Positions 29,070-36,817 of a stretch of DNA of 64,000 bases are shown piece by piece. The notes below the pieces were generated by a model. That model ran no database searches. It saw nothing but the letters and a program-made list of their open reading frames with translations, and was not told the DNA's origin. Numbering within the stretch: the first letter of the stretch is position 1; each line of letters begins with the position of its first letter. The position numbers and the translations under genes are program-made. The DNA is taken from NCBI GenBank assembly GCA_013138965.1, contig WTBT01000022.1, forward strand, positions 7,459-71,458. The letters run 5' to 3'. The stretch comes from Candidatus Aegiribacteria sp. GTDB taxonomy: Bacteria; Fermentibacterota; Fermentibacteria; Fermentibacterales; JCC-6.

Positions 29070-30648
29070 AGACTGCCACGGTCTTCGAAGAACTCTGTTT
29101 CCGCTTCTTCTTATTGCCGCTGTTCCGGCGCTCCTTCTTCCTTACATGCTGGTTCTCCTGTCCGATACCCCTGGAATAATCGGAATTCCTCACAGGGAAT
29201 CCGCGATTACGGAAGATTCCGATGTATATGAACAGGCATGGCATTTCTGGTGGGTTTCCAGCGCCCTTCAGAACGGTCAGGACCCCCGTTTCTGTCCCCT
29301 TATCTATTCACCGGAAGGAGTGTCGCTTGTATACGACCATATAGGGTGGCATGACACTCTTATTTTCGCGATTATCGGGATTGGAAAAGAGCATCCCGCC
29401 CTCTCTCATACACTATCGCTGCTGCTTGGCACAATGCTTACCGCGATTTTCGGATGGCTTCTCGCGAGATCGTGGGGAGCGGACAGATACGGAGCTCTCT
29501 TCACAGCTCTCGCGCTGGCATGGCTCCCTTCCAGAACAGCGCATTTGCTTCAGCACTATCAGTTAGCGAACTGCTGGACACTTCCGGCTTCGCTGTGGCT
29601 CTGCAGAGAGTATCTGAGAAAAGGAAAACTCAAAACCCTTGCTGCTTTCGCGGCAATTGTTATGCTGGCAGCTGTTCAGAGCCCGTTTATCGCCATATTC
29701 GCGGTACTCGGTCTCCCTGCAACATGTTTCATAATAGGTGGGAACTGGAAGAGAACCGCAATTCTTGCGGGAGGCGCCGGCCTGGCGGCCGCGGTGGTTG
29801 GAATTCTCATCCTTACAGCTCCCGGGCATATCACTTCGCCTTCAACACATTGGAGGGAAGCGATATACTGGGCAGCCGAACCCCAGTCATTCATCCTGCC
29901 TTCCCCGTTTGGCCCCGCAGGCTACTTATTCGGGATTCCCGCGAGATTCTCCTGGATGTCGAACACTGCGGAGGGTGTTGTTTCGCCCGGCCTTACTGTT
30001 CTGGCAGCTTTTGTTATTCTTATCTGGAGAAGAAGAAAATGGAGATTGCCGGTTGTCATTCTGGGCCTTGGGCTGCTTGCCCTGGGGCCTGAACTGCGGA
30101 TTCTCGGTCGCCCTCTGGGAATACCTCTGCCATTCAGGATTCTGCAGCTGTTTCCTGTACTGGATGGAATAAGAACCCCGTCCAGGTTTGCCATACTCGC
30201 CGGGCTGTTCACCGCTGTCGGGGCTGGAATGGGGATAACTCTTGTGAAGCGAAGATGGAAACTGCTGTTTCTTTCGCTTCTCATGTTCGAACTATGGATT
30301 CCTGTTTTTAGCGTGCTGTCCACCAGGATCCCATCGGCCTGCATGAGCATACCCGCGGGCAGTACCGTTCTGGAGGTTCCTGTCGATAACAATGTTAGAA
30401 GGTATGCCTGGTTCCAAACAGGAAATTCCTGCTCCCGCAGGTACGCTTTTCTGGCAAGGCTGCCCGAAACAGGCAACGAAGATTATCTTCTGCAGGAATC
30501 ATTGGAGAGGGGAGATGTGGTAGTTTATCATAGATGGCTCTTTGATGAGGAGGATAGAAACCGTTACGATACTCTCTATGCGGAACTATTCCCCGAAGGC
30601 TCAAACGCAGATTCAGTCTGGATACTCATGAACGGTGGTTCGCAATAG
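29008..30648 (+). CDS. polytopic integral membrane protein (about 12 TM), possible GT-C-type glycosyltransferase or polymerase
   Basis: Hydropathy shows many TM helices. It sits within the glycosyltransferase cluster. Alternative starts at 29038 or 29053. Confidence 0.5.
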   Translation: MMAEHCVSAVMDMSRMLSGNKDCHGLRRTLFPLLLIAAVPALLLPYMLVLLSDTPGIIGIPHRESAITEDSDVYEQAWHFWWVSSALQNGQDPRFCPLIYSPEGVSLVYDHIGWHDTLIFAIIGIGKEHPALSHTLSLLLGTMLTAIFGWLLARSWGADRYGALFTALALAWLPSRTAHLLQHYQLANCWTLPASLWLCREYLRKGKLKTLAAFAAIVMLAAVQSPFIAIFAVLGLPATCFIIGGNWKRTAILAGGAGLAAAVVGILILTAPGHITSPSTHWREAIYWAAEPQSFILPSPFGPAGYLFGIPARFSWMSNTAEGVVSPGLTVLAAFVILIWRRRKWRLPVVILGLGLLALGPELRILGRPLGIPLPFRILQLFPVLDGIRTPSRFAILAGLFTAVGAGMGITLVKRRWKLLFLSLLMFELWIPVFSVLSTRIPSACMSIPAGSTVLEVPVDNNVRRYAWFQTGNSCSRRYAFLARLPETGNEDYLLQESLERGDVVVYHRWLFDEEDRNRYDTLYAELFPEGSNADSVWILMNGGSQ

Positions 30649-30653
30649 GAGAT

Positions 30654-31769
30654 ATTCGTGTCCTTTTCGATCTCAGCATAGTTCCCCATGCGCTCGGTGG
30701 AGTAGCCCGGTACCTTCTATCAGTTGCGGGAGCCATTTCAGAAGTCGCCGGGCAGTTCGGAATCGAATTTATCCCCCTGGACGTTCCTGCGGCACATCCC
30801 GGTGTTCCCGGACCTGAAATGGTCGATCTTGTCCTTGAAACTCCTTTTTATCTTAAAATCCCTTTTTTCAGAAGAATTCCCATTCGAAAACGATGGGAAG
30901 AGAGATCACGGGCCGAAAGGCTCCGCGCATATGCCGGAGGAAGATCGGTATTTCACCACAGTGGCGTGCAGACTGAGTATCCCGCCGGAAGCGTATCCGT
31001 AGTAACTGTATACGATCTATCAGCTCTTGAAAATCCCCAATGGCATACGAAGGAAACGGTTTTATTTGCCGAAAGGGAAGCCCGGCTTATAGAGGGTGGT
31101 TCCTCGGTTATGGCAATATCGGAATGGACCAGGCAGCGGGTTATTGATTATTTTGACCTGCCGCAGGAGAGGGTATTCTGCGCTGGAGGAGCTGCGGACA
31201 GTATTTTTTCACCGGGGTCGCCCTCCTCAGGAGTAATGGAAAAGCTGGACCTTGAACCCGGAAGATATTTCCTTCATGTGGGCAACTTCGTTCCAAGAAA
31301 GAACATTCCATTTCTCCTGGATGTGTACGGAATATCCAGAGATAAGGGCGTTAAAATCCCTCTTGTTTTGGTTGGAGCGGGTGGATGGGGGGATGTGGCG
31401 GTTGATGAGGGACCGGGAGTACGGGTACTGAGGAACCTTTCCAACAGAACTGTAGTTGAGTTGTACCGCGGAGCCAGAGCGCTTCTTTGCCCCAGCAGTT
31501 TCGAGGGACTCGGCCTTCCCGTGCTTGAGGCATTCGCATGCGGCACTCCGGTTATTTCAAGCAGCGCCGCCGCTCTTTCGGATACGGTAGGGAATGACGG
31601 GGTTCAACTTGATCCCGGCGATCATGAAGGCTGGGTCAGGGAAATTACAGCGCTTGAGGAACCGGAAAGGGTAGATGATCTTCGGAGAATGTCCTCCTCA
31701 GCCGTGAGGAAGGACTGGCAGGATATAGCGAGAGGCATCTGCGGATTCTACAGGAGGATATCGGAATAA
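30654..31769 (+). CDS. glycosyltransferase family 4 (GT4-A); conserved N-terminus upstream of the first ATG
   Basis: 'GLGLPVLEAFACGTPVISSSAAALSDTVGNDGVQLDP' is a GT4 motif. The frame is open from 30649 and encodes canonical 'IRVLFDLSIVPHALGGVARYLL', but the first ATG is at 30819. A candidate ATT at 30654 follows an AGGAG at 30647-30651. Confidence 0.7.
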   Translation: MRVLFDLSIVPHALGGVARYLLSVAGAISEVAGQFGIEFIPLDVPAAHPGVPGPEMVDLVLETPFYLKIPFFRRIPIRKRWEERSRAERLRAYAGGRSVFHHSGVQTEYPAGSVSVVTVYDLSALENPQWHTKETVLFAEREARLIEGGSSVMAISEWTRQRVIDYFDLPQERVFCAGGAADSIFSPGSPSSGVMEKLDLEPGRYFLHVGNFVPRKNIPFLLDVYGISRDKGVKIPLVLVGAGGWGDVAVDEGPGVRVLRNLSNRTVVELYRGARALLCPSSFEGLGLPVLEAFACGTPVISSSAAALSDTVGNDGVQLDPGDHEGWVREITALEEPERVDDLRRMSSSAVRKDWQDIARGICGFYRRISE

Positions 31770-31847
31770 TGAAGATACTGCATCCACAGATCCTGGCCCT
31801 ATCATGGAGGCGCGGAACGTTACGTTCTGGAACATGCACTGTGGCGG
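31731..31847 (+). repeat. direct repeat copy 1 (GT4-A 3' end / GT4-B 5' start junction)
   Basis: agaggcatctgcggattctacaggaggatatcggaataatgaagatactgcatc...ctggaacatgc is near-identical to 33490-33601 apart from a 5-bp indel (tggtc). Confidence 0.75.
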
Positions 31848-31879
31848 TTGGGAAACCTGAAACAGGATTCTGTTGAATC
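31769..31879 (+). pseudogene. frameshifted 5' remnant of the downstream GT4-B gene
   Basis: ATG AAG ATA CTG CAT... copies the start of the gene at 33528 but lacks 'tggtc', shifts frame and terminates after 36 codons. Confidence 0.55.
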
Positions 31880-31965
31880 GATCATCCTTATCAGTGGATT
31901 GAACCTTGATGGTGGCATTGATCGCAGGAAAGTCTATGAGTATTGCTATTCCTGGTGAGATTATA

Positions 31966-32430
31966 TCATATTCTTCTGCGTAGTTTGTGTTTAAATATAT
32001 TCATAATTCTTTCTGTTTCAGTTTTCATTCTCGATACTCCAAGAAGTCCACCTGAGAAACCTGTCATGCCGCTTGAAAATACCAGCGTAGTATTCTGTGC
32101 ATTTGAGTAGATATTAATATTGAATTTATAGCGTTTCGCAAAACCACCCAACAGGAACCGACATAGAGAACTACCTGTTGCGTAGACACCATTGACTGGT
32201 GTACCACTATCGAGTTGATACCCTTCTTCAAAGAAGATATTAGCAACATTTCGAGCAGTTTCGTCAATAGATACACTGATTATTGTAACTTTAAAACCTG
32301 ACCCCAGATTTACGTAGGAGATAAACTTATTCGATGTCTGATTATGCTTTTCCGATAAAGCTTTTCCACAGAATGTGCAAAATGCCGTAGTATTCTCTGG
32401 AAGCTTTTGACCACATCTGGAACAATACAT
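31966..32430 (-). CDS. zinc-ribbon domain protein (N-terminal CxxC...CxxC) with uncharacterised soluble C-terminal domain
   Basis: 'MYCSRCGQKLPENTTAFCTFCGKAL'. Opposite strand to all neighbours, AT-rich context. ORF 31966..32451 with ATG at 32430. Confidence 0.5.
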   Translation of the reverse strand: MYCSRCGQKLPENTTAFCTFCGKALSEKHNQTSNKFISYVNLGSGFKVTIISVSIDETARNVANIFFEEGYQLDSGTPVNGVYATGSSLCRFLLGGFAKRYKFNINIYSNAQNTTLVFSSGMTGFSGGLLGVSRMKTETERIMNIFKHKLRRRI

Positions 32431-32566
32431 TGCAACCTCCTGGAAAACCATACTGTACCATATCGGTTATTAATCTCATGTGTATTCAGTAGATCTGTAT
32501 ATTTTATATACTTCTATACTCAAATATTACGCTATTTGAATAGTGGCATCCATCCACAACTTTTAG

Positions 32567-32959
32567 TTATAACTCGGCCATGAGTGGCAGGAAAAATAAG
32601 AAGAAAAAGACCAAATCAATCACACCCAGTACAATAGCTGCTGTTCCCATTCCTTCTCCGGTATAAAATTCCGGTCGTTCTTTTACTTTCTTTTTCGCGC
32701 CGTTACCCAATATGATAGCGATTATCCCAAAAATGATACCAAAGAAAAATATGCCGATCAAGCCGCATACAAGTCCTGCTACTGCTCCCGGGGCGTTCTT
32801 TCTGATAATTTGAACTCCTTGTGCATAAGGTATGGATGAAGCCGTATTATATACCTGAGTTCCTCCAGATGTATCTTTTATACTGTCTCCACAGTACGGA
32901 CAGAAGGCTTCAACTTTATTTTCATCAAGCTGTTTTCCGCATTTTGAACAGAACATCAT
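32567..32959 (-). CDS. zinc-ribbon plus two-TM (DUF4190-like) membrane protein
   Basis: 'MFCSKCGKQLDENKVEAFCPYCGDSI', then 'APGAVAGLVCGLIGIFFFGIIFGIIAIILGNGAKKK' and a second TM helix. Paralogous N-terminus to the adjacent gene. Confidence 0.55.
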   Translation of the reverse strand: MMFCSKCGKQLDENKVEAFCPYCGDSIKDTSGGTQVYNTASSIPYAQGVQIIRKNAPGAVAGLVCGLIGIFFFGIIFGIIAIILGNGAKKKVKERPEFYTGEGMGTAAIVLGVIDLVFFFLFFLPLMAEL

Positions 32960-33412
32960 TACCTCCTATTTGTGAATGCAGCCGATAATTGAAAATTGAT
33001 TTCCAGAATATTGGATTTTCGAGCAAGATAACTGCTCAGAAAAACCTCAACATCTTTTTTCCAGCCGTAATTTATTTAAAGTAATAATACCGATGCCAGC
33101 ACTTCCCTGTCAATGATATGAAGAGCTGATTAACGATCAGAATAGTATTCAAGTATTGAAGCATCTGAAGAAAGCTAACCCGTATTCCCCGCACAACTGC
33201 AAAGCTTAAATAATAGACTCCGGTTATCCGGGAATTGAAGCCTGAGTATCTTTGAAATATTGATTTATGGAGATTATGATTACATCAACAACAATAATAC
33301 ATAATCTGGTTCTTGTGACAAACAATGAGAAACATTTCCGAAGAGAAGATGGTTCGAAGAAGGAACGAAGCCCGGCTGAGATGTGCTACCTGGTTGCATG
33401 ATTTGAAGAAAG

Positions 33413-33527
33413 AACTATGGTTGAGTTGTACCGTGGTGACAGGGCGCTTCTCTGCCCCGGCAGGGAGGAAGGAGTAGCGTAATATAGAAAGAGGCATCTG
33501 CGGATTCTACAGGAGGATATCGGAATA
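33413..33527 (+). pseudogene. decayed 3' remnant of GT4-A (internal deletion) ahead of intact GT4-B
   Basis: aactatggttgagttgtaccgtggtgacagggcgcttctctgccccggcag matches 31447-31498. It then jumps to agaggcatctgcggattctacaggaggatatcggaataATG. Confidence 0.5.
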
Positions 33528-33601
33528 ATGAAGATACTGCATCTGGTCCACAGATCCTGGCCCTATCATGGAGGCGCGGAACGTTACGTTCTGGAACATG
33601 C
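33490..33601 (+). repeat. direct repeat copy 2
   Basis: See copy 1 at 31731-31847. Confidence 0.75.
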
Positions 33602-34772
33602 CATCGCAGGGAATAGATGGGGGCACGAGTCGGTCATCTGCACAACCGACGCATGGGATATGTCATTGTTCGTTTCCAGGTCAGGAACCCGCATATTGAA
33701 GCGCGATGATCTGATTGACGGTGTAAGAATAAAACGTTTCCCCGTTTTCCACCCTCCGTTTCAGAATTTATTCCGAGCTGTACTTAGACGGTTAAGTGAA
33801 TGCGGCCCCGACAGGTACTATTATCCCAATCCTTTCATTCCCTCGCTGCACCGCTGGCTTTCAGCGGAGAGGGGATTCGACCTGGTTCATGCCAACGCGA
33901 TGCCATTCATGCTTTACGAAGGATGGCGCTATAGCAGAGATCATGGAAAAGGCCTTGTTTCAGTACCACACGCAAACGTTGGCGAGAAATACAGAAGAGT
34001 AAAGGCGCTGCGCTACTTCAGCGGCTGTCAGAAGAAGATTCTGCGGAACAGCACTTTTGTCGTAGCGCAGAGCAGATTTGAGAAAGAGCTTTACTCGGGT
34101 ATGGGAATCCCGGAGGAAAGGGTTCACATCTCGGGCAGCGGGATAGATCCTGCCGAATTCGCCGGTAGCAGCCGGGAAAGAGGATTGGAACGGCTTGGAG
34201 TGACTGGACCGGTTATTCTATGTCTGACAGCGCACTCACTGGATAGAGGAACGGCGAATATCATTCAGGCGTGCAGGATCCTTCTGAAAAAGGAACGTGA
34301 TTTTACCCTGGTCCTTGCCGGTCCCGTTCTTCCGGATGTGGAAGAATACATAAATTCCGAAAAGAAACTTGCGGAGGAGTTCGGTGACAGGCTGGTATTA
34401 ACGGGATATGTAAGCAGGGAAGAGAGAATTGATTTGCTTTCGGCAGCGGATATCGTCCTTCTTCCTTCAAGGCTGGACTGCTTTGGAATCGTGGTACTGG
34501 AAGCCTGGATATCCGGAAAACCGGTTATCGGGTGCTGGTCAGGAGCAATGCCTGATATCATCAGCGACGGCAACAACGGATTCCTCGTGTCATGGGGTGA
34601 TACCACTTCGCTTATGAACAGGATAGAGATACTGCTGGACAACGAAGAGCTTGGACGAGCCATGGGCTCAAGGGGCCGGAAGGATGTGCTTGAGAGATGG
34701 ACCTGGGAGAAGGTTACTGACAGGTTCTACCGGCGTCTTTCACAATGCTGCCCGGAATCAAGCAGCCTATGA
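33528..34772 (+). CDS. glycosyltransferase family 4 (GT4-B)
   Basis: 'MKILHLVHRSWPYHGGAERYVLEHA' N-terminus and 'LLPSRLDCFGIVVLEAWISGKPVIGCWSGAMPDIISDGNNGFLV' C-domain. Confidence 0.85.
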   Translation: MKILHLVHRSWPYHGGAERYVLEHAIAGNRWGHESVICTTDAWDMSLFVSRSGTRILKRDDLIDGVRIKRFPVFHPPFQNLFRAVLRRLSECGPDRYYYPNPFIPSLHRWLSAERGFDLVHANAMPFMLYEGWRYSRDHGKGLVSVPHANVGEKYRRVKALRYFSGCQKKILRNSTFVVAQSRFEKELYSGMGIPEERVHISGSGIDPAEFAGSSRERGLERLGVTGPVILCLTAHSLDRGTANIIQACRILLKKERDFTLVLAGPVLPDVEEYINSEKKLAEEFGDRLVLTGYVSREERIDLLSAADIVLLPSRLDCFGIVVLEAWISGKPVIGCWSGAMPDIISDGNNGFLVSWGDTTSLMNRIEILLDNEELGRAMGSRGRKDVLERWTWEKVTDRFYRRLSQCCPESSSL

Positions 34773-36025
34773 AGAAGAATATCACAGCCATTGTGGTTAC
34801 ATGGAATTCTCTGAGATTGATCAAAAGCCTCGCCAGAACGATCAGAGGTATTGAACCCCTATGCAATATCGTAATATCCGATAACGCCTCAAGTGATTCT
34901 ACAGTTGATGCTGTGAGGGAAATGCTTCCCCGAGCGAAGATCGTAAGAAATGGAATGAACGGCGGTTTCGGGTACGCTAACAACAGGGCTCTTTCGATCT
35001 GCGACTCGGAGTATGTTCTCCTTCTGAATTCCGATGCTTCCATCACGCGATCATCCCTTGAAAAGCTTCTCAGCACTCTTGAGAATGACACTGGCGCAGC
35101 AGGGGTGCAGCCTCTTGTGAGGCTGTGGGGCTGGCCGCTCATCACTCTAAGCGCCGGCGCAGCCATGACGGAATACGGGAGAGGTTACGATTTTGATTTC
35201 ATGCATTTCCAGCCCTGCCCTGAAAGGGAAACAACCGAAGTTCCCTGCATAACTGCAGCACTCTCCCTTTTTAGAAAGGATGCTTTACAGAACGTCGGGG
35301 GGTTCGATGAAAACATCTTCATGTATTACGAAGATGTCGATCTTTGCCTTCGACTCAGAGGAATGGGGTATTCATTTCTTCTTGACCCCGAGTCCGTTGG
35401 AAAACATATGATGGGTGCCTCAAGCAGCAGAAGACGGGCAGAACAGTGGGAACTGCACTCATCCGCCTACATAACAAGAAAGTTCCTGGGCGGAAGGAAC
35501 TGCATCCTGCCGGATTACTGGAGAAGAACCGAGTTCAGGACAAGGATATCATGTATGCTGAATGGCAGATCCTGGCTATGGAGGCTGTCAGCTCTCCTGC
35601 GAGTCGGAAAAATGAGAATTGAGCATGTATCCCTTCCCCCTGAATTCCTTATGCGGCTGCTTGCCCCAAGGCCACTGAGAATGCCTTATCCGAGATCGAA
35701 TGACCGGCCTCTGGAATCTTTTCCGGAAAGTAATGTTATGGCGGGTCCGGGATGGCAGGGCATGAAAACAGGGAGTTGCGGTTTCGGCTGCCTTTGCGTA
35801 CCTGATAAAGAGGGAATACTTACATTGTTAATTCGATCATGCAATATTCCTGGATCCGTCGCCTTGTGGTCGAAGAGCGGATCTCCCTCAAGAGTATTTC
35901 TGAATGCCGGGCGGAAGCGTGAAATAACCGCTGTGGTTGCCGCTGGAGTAAAAGAACTCTATCTGGTGCCTGACAGGAGTGAACAGATCATCGAGTTGAA
36001 AAATGTCACATATACGTACAGGTAA
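34769..36025 (+). CDS. glycosyltransferase family 2 with ~130-aa C-terminal extension
   Basis: 'ITAIVVTWNS', 'VISDNASSDST', 'LLLNSDA', 'MYYEDVDLCLRLRGMGY' GT2 motifs. ATGA overlap with the upstream GT4. Confidence 0.75.
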   Translation: MKKNITAIVVTWNSLRLIKSLARTIRGIEPLCNIVISDNASSDSTVDAVREMLPRAKIVRNGMNGGFGYANNRALSICDSEYVLLLNSDASITRSSLEKLLSTLENDTGAAGVQPLVRLWGWPLITLSAGAAMTEYGRGYDFDFMHFQPCPERETTEVPCITAALSLFRKDALQNVGGFDENIFMYYEDVDLCLRLRGMGYSFLLDPESVGKHMMGASSSRRRAEQWELHSSAYITRKFLGGRNCILPDYWRRTEFRTRISCMLNGRSWLWRLSALLRVGKMRIEHVSLPPEFLMRLLAPRPLRMPYPRSNDRPLESFPESNVMAGPGWQGMKTGSCGFGCLCVPDKEGILTLLIRSCNIPGSVALWSKSGSPSRVFLNAGRKREITAVVAAGVKELYLVPDRSEQIIELKNVTYTYR

Positions 36026-36782
36026 CCTCGTTTTCGCGTTATCTGTATCTGTCGGAGTACTTATTTTACATGGTTTTTCATTCTTAGCGATGGCAGTTTG
36101 CCTGTACGCTGCCGCGGCAGCCCTCATAAAAGGCCCTCGGGCCGTTACTGTCATAGTGGTTTTTCTTGGAGGCCTTTCATTACTGTCCTTCGGCGGCAGT
36201 CTGGGACCTCTGCCGCTAACAGCGGGTATCGCGTTCGCAGCCGTTTTTTCACTTTCCGTCGCTTCAAGGTATCTTTTCTTCCTTTCGGCAGCCGCCGTTC
36301 TGATCGAAGGAGCAATCGAGGGAATGGTTCCGCTTACAGCAGCCGTACTAGCCGCTTCACCTGTAAAAAATGATAAGTGGCGAGCTATTATCCTTGCGGG
36401 GGGGCTTTCCGCAGTACTGATAATCTCCGGCCTTCCTTCAACGAAGGCGTGTCGTTCTCTTGTATTGCAGGAAGCTCTGTCTGAGGAGGGAGTTGTATGG
36501 AAGGAGCCGGCTGAGCTGAATCTGGGCATGCCGGAGTTACTTCTGCAGGCTCCCGGGATAGATGTTGCCTGTATGACGCTCAGGGTTTCCGCAGGGGGAG
36601 TACGGGACACCAGCCCGGTCGGGTACGTCACTTCCGCTGACAGGACGTTTCCTGTTTATCCCGGAGAGAATACATTGATCATAGAAGAACCTGAATTCCC
36701 GGTATCAATACGGATATCCCGCTCATGGAAACCCTTTTACCATCCCGTTGTCCATTTTCATTTTGCGGAGGGTTTACTTTGA
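36003..36782 (+). CDS. membrane protein (4-5 TM) with C-terminal soluble region, function unknown
   Basis: Hydrophobic helices in the first 150 aa. Embedded in the glycosyltransferase cluster. Confidence 0.45.
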   Translation: MSHIRTGNLVFALSVSVGVLILHGFSFLAMAVCLYAAAAALIKGPRAVTVIVVFLGGLSLLSFGGSLGPLPLTAGIAFAAVFSLSVASRYLFFLSAAAVLIEGAIEGMVPLTAAVLAASPVKNDKWRAIILAGGLSAVLIISGLPSTKACRSLVLQEALSEEGVVWKEPAELNLGMPELLLQAPGIDVACMTLRVSAGGVRDTSPVGYVTSADRTFPVYPGENTLIIEEPEFPVSIRISRSWKPFYHPVVHFHFAEGLL

Positions 36783-36817
36783 ACGGCCTGCGGAGGTTCG
36801 CTTCAGACAGATCAGGG

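Noticed and set aside
29454-30476. Alternative-frame ORFs (212 aa on plus, 184 aa on minus) inside the 12-TM membrane protein gene
   Set aside because: Arg/Gly-rich frames typical of GC-rich off-frame translation. The membrane protein frame has a coherent hydropathy pattern.
35888-36631. 247-aa minus-strand ORF
   Set aside because: Antisense to the GT2 / membrane-protein genes. Ala/Arg-rich as expected for a reverse-frame artefact.
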